Source: Eledone cirrhosa (Eukaryota). Taken from it: 64,000 bases of DNA. Made by a program: the position numbers and the translations under genes. The stretch's first letter is position 1. Every line of letters begins with the position of its first letter. The notes under the pieces were generated by a model. The model did no database searches. It saw only the letters and a list, made by a program, of their open reading frames with translations, and was not told the origin of the DNA. The stretch is taken from assembly GCA_964016885.1 (NCBI GenBank), contig OZ024741.1:152520001-152584000 (forward strand). Direction: 5' to 3'. Below, in pieces: positions 13,350-26,679 of the stretch.

Positions 13350-13457
13350 GCTCTGATGAAAACGACTGGTTATAAACAAAGTATTGGAGATCGTTTAGCG
13401 CATAATCAGGCGAATAGCGAACTCTAGACCTACCAGATCAAAGAAACAATTGTCAGA
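13350..13457 (+). ncRNA. Hammerhead ribozyme with extended stem II (direct pLTR copy)
   Basis: GCU CUGAUGA [~83 nt, CUGGU/ACCAG pairing] GAAA CAAUUG UC AGA. Confidence 0.72.
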
Positions 13458-13509
13458 AATGTGAATAAAGCCCTTATTGTATAGCGAACCATGTCAATCT
13501 TCTTTCTTG

Positions 13510-13780
<271 letters not shown>

Positions 13781-13784
<4 letters not shown>

Positions 13785-14707
13785 AAAAGAAATCGAAAAT
13801 GCAACTGGAGTCTTTTTAAGAATAGTTATTTGTTTCCATTACCGGTTTCACAGTTCTTATGCTTTTCAAAAGTAGAATTGAGATGGAGGGTTTGTGGTTT
13901 TTCTCGCATCTGGTTGGTGTTCGAATGTTACTTCTGTTTTATGTGGAAAAAAGTGGCTCGAATTGCTAGGTTGTTTTGTTTTTTTTTATAATTTGATTGG
14001 TTGATGACTGTCACGTGAATAAGTATAATAAATTTCGCGCCAGTTCGCGTTACAAAGTTCTCGTTGTATTTGCCTTTTAAAAAGTGGCTCAAGTTGTTGT
14101 TTGTTCATATACAAATGAAATTTGGTTGGTTGATGACTGTCACGTGAATCAACTTTCGCGTCAGTTCGCGTTTGAGGGTTCTATATTGCCATTTTCACTT
14201 TAAAAAGTGGCTCAAATTGTTTTTTTTATAAATGTAATTTGGTTGATGGCTGTCACGTGAATAAGTACATTAAATTTAGCGCCAGTTCGTATTTGGGTGT
14301 TATTGCCATTTTATGAAAAAACATATATGAAGAAACAACAATGTGAGCTACTTCTTTAAAGGCAAATACAATGAAAACTTTGTAACGCGAACTGGCGCGA
14401 AATTTATTACACTTATTCACGTGACAGTCATCAACCAACTAAATTATTTAAAAAAAATAAACCTAGCAATTCGAGTCACTTTTTTCCACATAAAACAGAA
14501 GTAACATTCGAACACCAACCAGATGCGAGAAAAACCACAAACCCTCCATCTCAATTCTACTTTTGAAAAGCATAAGAACTGTGAAACCGGTAATGGAAAC
14601 AAATAAATATTCTTATAAAGACTCCAGTTGCATTTTCGATTTCTTTTCCTTATACTTTCACTCGTGTAGGACATCTCGTTTTTTTTTCATTTAAAGAAAC
14701 CTCATTT

Positions 14708-14712
<5 letters not shown>
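13781..14712. mobile_element. Fold-back element with ~320-bp inverted arms and a one-sided extension
   Basis: 13781-14100 is the reverse complement of 14333-14652. The centre holds ~110-130-bp repeats of ttggttgatgactgtcacgtgaat. Flanked by (TA)n. Confidence 0.85.
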
Positions 14713-14748
<36 letters not shown>

Positions 14749-14749
<1 letters not shown>

Positions 14750-15759
14750 TAGCAGCAGTACCTAGCGTTGCCTGGGTAGGTAAAATAATATCTGCTTTGA
14801 TGAAAAGGTGTTGATCTTAGCGACTGCTTCTCGATGACTCATCTATGGTCACACACAGGTCGTGTGGGAGAGGGTGGTGATGACCTCTATCACTGAGAAA
14901 CACGGGTGACTGACGAAGAGGAATGTTGGGGGAGGGAGTTAATGACCTCTAACACTAAACCAAATTTCCTCACGCTACTTGATTGGAAACCGATGAATTC
15001 TCAAATACACAACTAAAAGCTCAGACGACGTCAGTGGCCATCGTTTTGCCTTTGACCATCTATAAGATGTGCAATGATAGGTTCTATCGTAGTATAAAAG
15101 TTGAACCAAATAAATTGATTTATGTGTGAGGTGGAGCCGAAGTTTCGAATTTGAACGAAATTTGTTGAAAAATGTTGGAGCTAGAGCCGAAAAGGCGGAA
15201 ATTTGAGCGAAAAGGTGGTATTTTCGAATATTTAAGCGGCTGCCACGCCGTTGCTGAACAAAAAATCCAAAATGTAAAGCCACTTTAAGACGTGAAATAA
15301 TCAGATCTAGCGTAGTGTAAAATGTGAACAAAGTAGGTTGATTAATGTGGGAGCTAGAGCCGAAAAAGTGGAAATTTGAGTCTAAAAGTGGTATTTTGGA
15401 ATATTTAAACGACTGCCACGCCGTCCCTGAACAACAAATGCAAAATATAAAGCCATTACAGGATGTGCAATGATAAATTCTATTTTGCTTTAAAATTTGA
15501 ACGAAATCGGTTGCAAAATGTGGGAGCTAGAGCCAAAAATCTTATTTTTCGATACCTAAAAAAAGGTGACCCCCCTATCGATTTTTATCTGCAGATTGAC
15601 CCCGCAATAAAAAAAACGATACGCTGATAAATAGAAAACACTCCCCGATGACTCATCTATGAGCCTGTAAAGTTTCATGAAAATCGGTCGTAAGATGTAG
15701 GCCCCTATATGTAATACACACACAGACACTCACACACACATACTTAATTTTATATATAT

Positions 15760-15760
<1 letters not shown>
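14749..15760 (-). mobile_element. Non-autonomous Helitron-like element
   Basis: The minus-strand 3' end has the hairpin CCCAGGCAACGCTAGG followed by ...CTAG|T. The 5' end is TATATATAAAA-type. Internal ~175-bp tandem repeats (gagctagagcc at about 15179, 15351 and 15524). Confidence 0.7.
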
Positions 15761-15820
<60 letters not shown>

Positions 15821-16454
15821 ATTAAATAGCTCTGTACAATACATAGAACACTCTTCTTTCCTTTACCTTTTCCACGGAAATACTTAACATATATATATAT
15901 AAAAAATATGGATGAGAGGAGGGGCTGTGTGGTTATTGATAGCGGGTGTTAGAAAGTAAGGAGACACAAACAAGAGGTGGAGAGTCTCCCTTCGTCAGTA
16001 GTTAACTACGGATCACGGATGTTTCGGCGCATTATTAACTATAGATCTATCCGTAGCGTGCCCATAGCCTTTTATCTATCATAAGGCCATGAGGGAGAAA
16101 AAGAAAAGAAGAAAGACAGAAGAAAAAAGGGTAAAAAATGGAAAAAAGGGAAGGAAAAAAAAACCTACCGTTAGAAAGGAAAACACGGGACAATGGTACA
16201 TGTAAGCAAGTAACCGAGAGAATGGAGATCAAGTTTTAAAAAGCCGTTGGGTTTAAGCCCGGGGCGATAATAGGTATCCCACGTCTGTACTCAGCGAAAT
16301 CGCAAAAGAAAGAGAGAGAGACGGAAGAAACGGAAATATATATATTATATATCGTTTGCTTTATTATTTCTGTTGGCCTTTTACATATGTCCACCCACAC
16401 AGACACAGACATACACACACACATAAACACACACACACACACTTACACACACAC

Positions 16455-16500
<46 letters not shown>

Positions 16501-17068
16501 GGAAAAGAATGAAACGAAATTTCATTTCTCACTCTTAGTACGGCTGATACTTAAATGTAAGTATGTATGTATACGTACATACATATATGTATACAGACGT
16601 ACAGTAGTATGTATATATATACATACATGCACACATATAAAAGTCATGCATGTATATATTATACATACATGTATATATATACATACATGCACACATATAA
16701 AAGTATATATGTATACAGACGTACAGTAGTATGTATATATATATACATGCACACACTATAAAAGTCCAACTATGGGGTGGGGGTATTCCCTTTATAGTTG
16801 GACTTTTATAGTTTAACTTGTGAACCAATCAGACAATCAGTGAGAAACTCTGCAACAGACGACAATGTAATAATGCGTCTATACAGGATGCCCAAAAGAA
16901 CACACATACATAAGTAAAAATACGTATGTATGTAAGTATGTTTTCTTTTCTTGTTTGGAATGTTATGGCATATTTTGACCTACATGATGTTATTGTTATG
17001 CTTTAAGGAAAAACGGATTTCATTTGCTACAATAATTGTTCCTCTATGTATATATGTATGTATGTATG

Positions 17069-17583
17069 TCAGGTCGCTCTCGAGTGCTACTGGTAACATA
17101 TAACCCAGTACAACCTGTCTCATGGTCGGGTCGTTGGCGACTAAACCGGCAACTCCACCAAGATTGCTTGGTGAGGAGGGCGATATTTGGACACCCTGCT
17201 GGATGAAATACAAAACCTGGCAAAGGGTGGAGAACTCAACAGAGTCAACGGCCATCCAAATAGTAATTTTTTTTTTTTACCTGGGAGTGAAAGGCCCCCA
17301 GTTGTTGTCACAACACTTTTCTAGGAGAGGGAAACTCTGGAAAAAAAACCTGCGGCTTCGGAAGCATCCGGTGATGTTGACCAGTTCTCCTTTTCGGGTA
17401 GTGTTTCCGATGCTCAGATTGGTCTAGTGTAAGGCCTTTCCCCACTTAAAAAACCTTCAAAGCACAGGCATTGCTTGTTCAGGATATGTTACAGGTGTGT
17501 GTGATTGACCATAGCCTAAAAGTGCACCAAACTCTATAATCTGACAAGCGATTGCAGTACTCTTAGCAGAGTTTGCAGCCATC
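17069..17583 (+). mobile_element. Bipartite RTE-derived non-autonomous element, diverged subfamily
   Basis: Homologous to 18986-19592. Contains the TCTAGGAGAGGGAAACTCTG motif and is flanked by (TATG)n. Confidence 0.7.
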
Positions 17584-18196
17584 ATGTACGTATGCATGTA
17601 TGTATGTATGTATGTATGTATGTATGTATGTATGCATGTATGTATGTATGTATGTATATATGTATGCATGTGTGCGTGTATGTGTGTGTGTGTGTGTATA
17701 TGCATGTATGCATGTATGTATGCGCGTGTCTGTGTACAGTATCATTTAATGTGAGGATTTTCCTGTCTTGAGTTATATGGGCACATATTTATGTTTCTAT
17801 AAGTATGTGTGTAAATGCAGTTAAAACATGCCGAATTTTGCATATGTGTATGAGTGTATATGGTGTTATATTATTTCTGAATTTTACATATTTTTACTGT
17901 TTCATTAATGGTTCTGTGAAGTCCAGCTTCTGTAGATTTGTGCTGAAGCAGTTAGTAACACACCCAATTGCCCCAACGATCACAGATACAAATCTAATGT
18001 TTAGTCGCAAAATATACCAGGCCTGTTTTGGAGGCGGTTTTATCTTTAGGTTCTACCAATATCCATTTGAGCCATCAGTCTCGGCACATTCATCCTTATT
18101 TATTTTCATCTTCCATAGTGCTTTCCAGATTGCTCTGCTTACCAGGCCATGCCGCGCGGGACGGTAGTAAAGAAAAAACACCTTTTTCACAATTGA

Positions 18197-18596
18197 TAAT
18201 AATTGTTTCTACTTTTGGCACAAGGCCAGCAATTACCCCAATGCATTACTGGTGCTTTATATTATCGACCCCGTAAGGATGAAAGGCAAAGTTAACCTCG
18301 GCGGGATTTGAACTCAGATCGTAAAAGACCGTGACTCTATGCTGCAAAGCATGGCGTCCGACCCTCTACCGATACTGCCAATCCACCGCCCTTGATATCC
18401 ACAATTGATAATAATTGTTTCTACTTTTGGCACAAGGCCAGCAATTTCCCAGTACATTACTGGTACTATATTTTATCGACCCCGTAATGATGAAAGGCAA
18501 AATTAACCTTGGCGGGATTTGAACTTATATCATAAAGGGCCGTAACTATGCTGCAAAGCTTGGTGTCCGACTCTCTACCGATACTGCCAATCCACA
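18197..18596 (-). mobile_element. Two tandem SINE family A copies
   Basis: Near full-length. The head reads GGGCGGTGGATTGGCAGTATCGG...GAGTTCAAATCCC on the minus strand. Confidence 0.9.
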
Positions 18597-18985
18597 ATTG
18601 ATAATAAAATGGTTAGCATCTTTGTTTTGCACAGCCAACATTTATTGTCAACCAATGACTTTCCTCATTTGTGCAGTAGATAATTGGTGGGGATTTATGG
18701 TTTCTTGGTTGCACGGAGGTGTCCTTCAATGTGGAATGTTATGTATTTGTCGGACCTCTCTGCCAGGCTTAAGTGTGGTTTATCCCCTGTACTGTCTACG
18801 CTTATCGGCTCAAGTACCCATGTACAGTCTTCTCGGTGAACTGAGCTATTTAAAAAAAAATTTCTCGAGCATTGAGTAGTGTTTTTCAATTTCTGGGAGA
18901 GAGATTGGCATCAGCTTTTATGTATGTATGTATGTATGTATGTATGTATGTATGTATGTATGTATGTATGTATGTATGTATTATG

Positions 18986-19592
18986 TCAGGTCACCAGTTG
19001 GTGCTACTGGTAACACGTATCCCAGTACAACCTGTCTCATGGTCGGGTCGTTGGCGACAAAACTGGCAACCCCACCAAGGTTTCTTGGTGAGGAGGGTGA
19101 CTTTGGACATCCTGCAGGACTAAAAACAAAACCTGTCAAAGGGCAAAGGAGCTCTTAAGAGTCAATGGCCATTCAAAATCACCGGGAGGGATGACCCCTT
19201 AGCCTTTGTCAAGGCAGAATTCTAGGAGAAGGAAAACTCTGATATAACACCTGCAACCCTGATGGTATCCAATGATGTTGACTTGTTCTTCTTTTTGGTA
19301 AATATCATCTTGGTTAAGAGAGTGGGACTGGCTTTGTGCAGTGCCTTTGCTCACTAAAAAAGCTTCACGGCACAGGCATTGCTTTATATCTGGAGATCTC
19401 TCTGCACTTGTCGTCACATGGTACCATGGGCCCAGCACTATGTGTCAATAATTGTCACAAGTGTAGTGTTTGTACCAGAGTTTTCAAGTCGGTGGCTGGA
19501 CTAAAAAGTCACACTCGTTCAGCGCATCGGTAGGGGTTCTCCTACATGGATATAAAGTAGTGGCCGTACTCGAAAACGAGTTGGAATCCACC
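18986..19592 (+). mobile_element. Bipartite RTE-derived non-autonomous element
   Basis: RTE 5'-UTR motif TCTAGGAGAAGGAAAACTCTGA is joined to a C-terminal C2H2 remnant CSVCTRVFKSVAGLKSHTRSAHR*, a 3' hairpin CTCGAAAACGAG and an (ATGT)n tail. Near-identical copy at 31171. Confidence 0.8.
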
Positions 19593-20308
19593 ATGTATGT
19601 ATGTATGTTCTTTTTGTCAATTTATATGCATCCAGCGCTCTGGTACATTGTAGAACGTAATAGATAAAATAGTGTGTGGGTGTGTATGTGTGTGTCTGTG
19701 AATGTGTGCGTGTGTGTGTGGGGGGGCGTGTGTGTGTGTGTTTGAATGCATTTTCTTCCTGGTTGGACTTTTATAGTTTCGCTTGTGAACCAATCAGACG
19801 ATCAGTGAGAAACTCTGCAACACTTTGCAATTTAACAGACGCCAATGCAATAGACGACGATGTAATATATATATGCGTATATACATGATGACCGAAAAAA
19901 CACATACACATAAGCAAAAATACGTATGTATGTATGTATGTATGTATGTATGTATGTATGTATGTATGTATGTATGTATGTATGTATGTATGTATGTATG
20001 TATGTATCATGTGTGTATATATGCGTGTATGTATGATTGTGTGCATGTGTATATATATTATGTACACAAGGGGTTTGTGAGTATGTATATGTGTAGGTAG
20101 AACGGATGCATGTATATATACGTATAAATAAATGTATGTGCGTGTGTGTCCGTATGTATGTATGTAAAAAGTAAACAGGAATAACAAAGCAAACAACACA
20201 GCACAATGAAGAAATATATTAGTTTAACACTTGAAATAATAGGAAAAGTGTATTAACGTGTGTTCTGTTATTATTTCTGGCAATATTATTACAACAATAT
20301 GACCCTCC

Positions 20309-20361
<53 letters not shown>

Positions 20362-20444
20362 TATATATATAAAAAAAATTTTACTCTGCCATGTATTGAG
20401 TACCTTACTTACTGTGGTTATCCCCGACTCAACCCGGGACCTAC

Positions 20445-20496
<52 letters not shown>

Positions 20497-20552
20497 GATT
20501 GGAAAGTTAGTAAAATCCAAAGAATGGCAATAAACCTACATAGTTTTTATCG

Positions 20553-20712
20553 CAATTGTTTCTACTTTAGGCACAAGGCCAGCAATTATTTTTAAGGGGA
20601 GGGGAAAGTAGATTAAATCGACCCCAGTACATTACTGGCGCTTTATTTTATCGACCCCGTAAGGCTAAAAGGCAAAGTTAACCTCGGCGGGATTTGAACT
20701 CAGATGGTAAAG
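20553..20712 (-). mobile_element. SINE family A, 5'-truncated
   Basis: Core and B box present. Confidence 0.85.
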
Positions 20713-20923
20713 GGGCATATAGAATGAGTTGAGAATAGAAGTTACTAAATAAAAATTATTGAAATTGTAGAGTTGACTTTTTACTACCCAATTCTACAAT
20801 ATATAATTTATATATAATTTCTAGTTGATATAAAATGTTCGGATCTATTCATTGGAATCTTTGAGCATATTCTACAGTGGATATGGCGCATGTCTTTCGG
20901 ACATGACACCCTTAATTTAATTT

Positions 20924-20972
<49 letters not shown>

Positions 20973-21120
20973 ATGCTTTGGGAGGGTCATGTTGCCAATA
21001 AGAAACACACACACCAGTTGCTTTCACTCCAATTTATTATAAATTAAATTTATAAATTTAAGAATTTATAAATTCCCGGTTGGTTGGTTGGTTCCATAAT
21101 CGGACGGTTGTTCATATATT

Positions 21121-21163
21121 GTCAAAGTTCTTTCGTCACACATTCTGTGACCTCTTCAGTGAC
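21121..21163 (-). ncRNA. Minimal hammerhead ribozyme (left arm)
   Basis: GUCA CUGAAGA G GUCACA-GAAUG-UGUGAC GAAA GAAC UU UGAC. Confidence 0.75.
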
Positions 21164-21275
21164 TGGGGATTCTTTTCTTTGTTTTGTGCCTCTCCTTTGT
21201 TCTGTCCTACACACAAAAACAAGATGGCGTAGGACAGAACAAAGGAGAGGCACAAAACAAAGAATAGAATCCCCA

Positions 21276-21318
21276 GTCACTGAAGAGGTCACAGAATGTG
21301 TGACGAAAGAACTTTGAC
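21276..21318 (+). ncRNA. Minimal hammerhead ribozyme (right arm)
   Basis: Same motif on the plus strand. Confidence 0.75.
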
Positions 21319-21541
21319 AATATATGAACAACCGTCCGGTTATGGAACCAACCAACCGGAAATTTATAAATTCTTAAATTTATAAATTTAATTTATAATA
21401 AATTGGAGTGAAAGCAACTGGTGCGTCTGTTTCTTATTGGCAACATGACCCCCCCCCCCCCAAAGTATAACAATATCGGTTTCAACACACGTTTTCAGAT
21501 AAAGTATCTTGCTAAACAAATTCAGAGATATAGACATACAC

Positions 21542-21615
<74 letters not shown>

Positions 21616-22604
21616 TTGTGTGTATGTCTATATATCTCTCTCTCTATATATATATATATATATTTATATATGAGTGCATGGGTGGGAGTGTGTATGTATA
21701 CATGTATGTTTATGTATGTGTGTATGTATATATATATATACATATATATATATACATGTGTATGTATATATGTATTTATGTGTATATGTGCGTATATATT
21801 TGTATGTGGGGGTATGTCTATATACACGTGTGTATATTTATGTGTGTGTGTGTATATATGTAGATGTGAGTCTATGTATATATTTAAGTATGTGTATATC
21901 TATATTTGTATGTGTGTGTGTAATGTATACGTATATGTCTTTATTTCTTTCTTTTTTATATTTTATAATATTTTTTATCAGGTTTATATTTCTCCTTTTA
22001 TATTTATTATATATTAATTTTGAAAATAAGTTTTAATAGTAATGTGTTTGTGTGGTTTGACGTTATATTTCTGTAGTTGGACAATAGATTTTCCATACAT
22101 TGTGGCGTCATTTCGAATTTTTTAATGTAAACAATTTCTTTCACTGCTGGCTGTCGAGTGTTTAAGTGAGGTTATAATGAAATTTTTAATCTTAAATAAC
22201 TGATTTTGAAAAGTCCCAAGAAGGGAACGAAACGTTCGCAAATCAATATTTAATGTAACGTGTTTGGTGTCTATTTTAATGAATAATATGCTTCATGTGT
22301 AATTATTACTTTTAGCACAATAGCATTTTTTATATATGCTTTTTTGGAAAATTATTTGAAAGAAGTATGAGCAGTAGCCTTTTTTACGGCTTATAATAAA
22401 TTAGTCTATTTTAGGCTGTTTTTAACTTCTCCACCTATGTTTCTAATTTTTTATATTGTTTTTGTAAAAAACGATATCTATTTCATATATATCCCTTCCA
22501 TATACTGTACCGATTGTGTTGTTATTTCTGTTTACCTTTTACACACACACACACACACACATACATACACAGACACACACATATATATATATACATATAT
22601 ATAT

Positions 22605-23340
22605 ATAGTTTAAGGAGACAACAAACAGAGGTACAAAAAGTCTTGTTAGTTTTACGCTTTATATTGGAAAGAGGAAAGAAAGTTCGACGTGTCGGGTTTA
22701 AGCCCTTCTTCAGGAGTACAAATAGAGACAGGATCACAATGGAGAAACAGAAAGAAGTTCCAGTAATGACACACACAAAAAAAAACAACAACAAAAAAAC
22801 GAAAATGAAGAGGAAAAACAAGAAAGCCGTTAGGTAGTCTTGGTAACAATGTGCGAGTCCGAAGACACTGTGGTGGCGTGTGGAGTGGCCGGCGGATCGA
22901 AAATGTCGGGAGATTGGAGTCGGGTTGCCGACCCGGATGTCCCGAAGGTGTGCAGCAAATCTGTCAGCCAGACGACGACCAGTCTGACCAAGGTAGATAG
23001 CTCCGCACAGAGTACAACGGAACCCATAGACAAGGCTGGTGGAAGTGCAGATGAAGGAGTCCCTAACCCGGAAGGACCGCCATTTTGTAGAGGTTCGCAC
23101 GCCACACGACCACAGTGCCACCCTTGTCGGCCGGCTGAATGACAATGTCATCATGGTCACGGAGGGAGCGGAGGCCAGCAAGTTCGACCCGGGAGATGTT
23201 ACATCGTTGCTATCGTTTACGGAAATTGAAACGGTTCACTGCGTGATGGCAGGCATCAAAGAACCTATCCAGGGCACTGAATTGTCCGGGAGACGGCGTT
23301 CAGTGTGATGGTCGTCGGATTCCGTCAACAGGGTGTCTTT
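22605..23340 (-). mobile_element. PLE 3' fragment (GIY-YIG) with mutated hammerhead
   Basis: CTSTSLVYGFRCTLCGAIYLGQTGRRLADRFAAHLRDI...HF. Motif CUGAAGA A GGGC-UUAA-ACCC GACA CG UC at 22683-22716 has GAAA changed to GACA. Confidence 0.85.
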
Positions 23341-25197
23341 AAAGTGTAATTTTTGTTTGCAATGCTTACTTTTTATATATTGTAAATTTTCATCCCTAAA
23401 TATAATTTGGGACGAATGAAGTTCTACAAATTATAGATTTTACCCTATACAGTATTTGAGCTATTTAAGGTGTAATATGACTGAAATGGTTTTATTTTAA
23501 TCCATTCTTATATTATTGTTACTCCATTTAATTTATTAAATTAATCTTGGTAGAGTTGTTTTCATTTAGAGTTTTTTATGAGTCTATTTCTAGCTTTCCT
23601 TTTAACCCCTGGCTTTTGACGTCGGACCTACTGTTTTAAAGCTAAAAGCACATAGGGTTTTATTCATAACATTAGTGAGTCTTTTTTCTGAAAGATGATT
23701 TTTTTGCTGTCTAGACTTGCACCAGCACAAAGTATTTCACTTGAATGTTCTTGTAAAAGCCATAGGTATGCTTTAAGACATTGCTTACTAATGAGTTTTC
23801 GGCGTCTTAATATATTTATTAATTATCTTAATTAATATCTATTTCTTTGCCGGAACGAAACCGCAGTATAAGCAGGAATTTGTAGGTGAAATTATATCTA
23901 TATTTTAAAATGTAGTTTTCGCTTGCAATGCTTACTTTTAATATACTGCAAATTTTTATATTTAAATATAATTTTGGAAAAGTGAAGCTCTACAAATTCT
24001 AGTTTTTAGCCTATATATAGAAGTTGAGCTATTTAAGGTGTAATAAGACCGAAATAGTTTTATTTTAGTCCATTCTTATATATATATATAATATAACTAC
24101 TATAGCTTACTTATATTATATACAGTAATGGATATATAATATGTAAAGACATTTAATGTAATATGTGATAATAAATTATATATACATTTATTATTAAATA
24201 TATAAATTAATATAATTTAATATAAGGGATTAACTTTTAACATAATATAATGTATATTAATAACGCAAGAGATTTAACTAATTGGACCTGTAAACAGCTA
24301 TACATTTTTTCCATAACTTATATCTTGTCAAGTAATGGATAGATAACTATGTAATGAGACCTTTAATGCATTATAGGTAAATAGACTGTATTTAAAATTA
24401 AATATAAATAAATAACATTATATATAAGGAATTCATTTGAAACACAATAAAATGTATATTAGAGCAAAGTATCTAAATAATTGATACTTTCCTATATAAT
24501 TTAATTTAATTTAATTAGTTAGTTACCTCCCCTTACGCATTAGCTCCCCTTAATTTTGGAACTCATACTCACTTCCGGAAATTAAACCGTTAGAAAAAAT
24601 CGCTGTAGAACAACTCTAATCCAGGGATAAGAATACAATAAGACCAATTTACAATCCATTGCTGTAACTAACTAAAAACATTCAATATAAACATTAACTA
24701 AAATATAATTTAACATATGTAATGGAAAAGATAACAATAACTTTGATAATCTCATCACATACACATTTGAAAACTACAGAAATAATCATCACATTACATC
24801 CACCGTAATTTTAATACACTATCACCTTTGCTTTGTATACCTGTGTTATTTTATGTGATACCTTTGCCATACAGTATTTATTTATGCCTAATACCTTTGC
24901 TTGTTTCCTTCATATATATGTCTAACGCATGTGCACTCTCTACACGCTTGCATATGTACTGCTAGTGTCCTCATTCTTCCTCAATTCTTCTTTAATTATT
25001 AGACTATTGTATTATCTGTTGCATGTATTCCACTCTGTGCTTTTAATTTTAATTTAAATTATTGTACAATTCTCGTATAATATATGTCGCATCCATTCCA
25101 CCCTGTAAATACGAAACTGTTATTCACATCAATATATATGTATTTATATGATTGTTCAGTTGAATAGGAGGTTAATTATATGTACAAACATTGATAA

Positions 25198-25244
25198 TGC
25201 TTCGATGATACCAAACGAAAGTTTGGAAGAAACGATTGTCAGCA
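25198..25244 (+). ncRNA. Variant or degenerate hammerhead
   Basis: UGCU UCGAUGA UA CCAAAC-GAAA-GUUUGG AA GAAA CGAUUG UC AGCA. All stems are present but the core reads UCGAUGA. Confidence 0.55.
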
Positions 25245-26409
25245 ATAAAATGATTTGAACATAACTTTGATAATTGTGTAATTTATATTCCTGCTCTGTA
25301 AAACACCTAATGTTCTTACATTGAGTTATTTCTCTTACTGGTTATAAGGTTTATATTACTGACCTTTCATACATTACTGACCTTTCCTGTTTATAGTTGG
25401 TTATAGTATATACATAACTATAAATAGTATCATTATTATGAACGTATGTATGCATGCGTGTGTTCTCAGCAATAGGGAGAACTAGCATCCACGGCAGAAG
25501 GGATACTTTTTTATTGGACTTTAGATAACATCAACTAGATAGTCATGTATACGTGAATCTACACATATATGCATGGGTGAACATGCATATCATTGTTTAT
25601 GTGCATTTAGTATCAGGTACGGCCCATGGTTGGTTTGCGAAATCGAGAATGCATGTCAGGGGTTCGTTTAGCAGGGGTTATAAGTACAGGTATCCGGTGT
25701 TTTCAGAGTGTTTTGTTTACGGGTTAAGGCAACCAGCAGTTTTATTTACGTACATGTAAACATAAATTTTAGTGTCTATATGTGTGTCTATATATCTATT
25801 ACAAGCTAAACGCCTGGAAAGTTTTGAATACTTTTATCAAACTTTAATGGTTTGTAATTGATATTTCTCGACTAGTAGGTAAGTATATATTTCATTTAAA
25901 TTCTATTTTGAAATACTCGTGTTTGCTGCCACAGCGATCTCCTCGCTCAAATATCACTGTGGCAAGGAATGTGAATAGTGCGAAGGAAAATTCAGTATAA
26001 ATAAAACTCTGCAACACCGAGTCCTCTCATCCTCATTCGTTCCCAAAACGTTAAGCTTGAACATAGTTTGTATGTGTAGGATCGTGTGTTTTTTAGAAGG
26101 TTACAACGATTAAAAAATATGTCGAATTTTTACTCTGGAGGTATTTAATTAGCCCTTAATATTTCGGGGTAAAACCCCAACTGATTTTCCTTAACACGAC
26201 GAGCAAAGAGATAAGTAGTGGAACAATTAGCCAGTAGAACCTTACAGTATCTTAAAGCTGGAAGAACACATGTGATTTAACAAAATAATGATGAGGTTAC
26301 TGACAGAAGAACAAAACATAATCTCAGTTGTGCTGGAAGGATTCATCGAGGCTTGCTTTACTTTGAAAAGTTAATAAAGGTTTCAACAACTACCAACAAT
26401 ATGGAACTG

Positions 26410-26660
26410 GTTAATAATCTACCTAATGTACCTCAAATATGCATTGTACCCTATTGGCGATCTCTCTAAAGTACCTTGAATATATACTGTACTCTATTAA
26501 TGATCTACTTAGTCTACATCAAATACTGTATGCAATCTTTTAGTGATCAACCTTGATTACCTCAAATATACACTGTACTCTATTAGTGGTCTCTCTAAAG
26601 TACCTCCAATAATCACTGTACCAATTAGTGGTTTACAGAAAGCACCTCAAATATACACAA
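26410..26660. repeat. Degenerate ~43-bp tandem repeat (~6 units)
   Basis: tacctcaaatata.a.tgtac.ctatta.tgatct recurs. Confidence 0.7.
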
Positions 26661-26679
26661 TTTGTCGATGAAAAAGATA

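Larger units (their letters stand above)
20966..21530. mobile_element. RT-less PLE pLTR fold-back (245-bp arms, 18-nt loop)
   Basis: 20966-21210 is the near-perfect reverse complement of 21229-21475. The sequence matches the pLTR of the PLE at 50706-53358. Flanked by TA repeats. Confidence 0.93.

Noticed and set aside
18300-18391. tRNA gene
   Set aside because: A/B boxes belong to a multi-copy SINE head fused to a non-tRNA body, with no complete cloverleaf.
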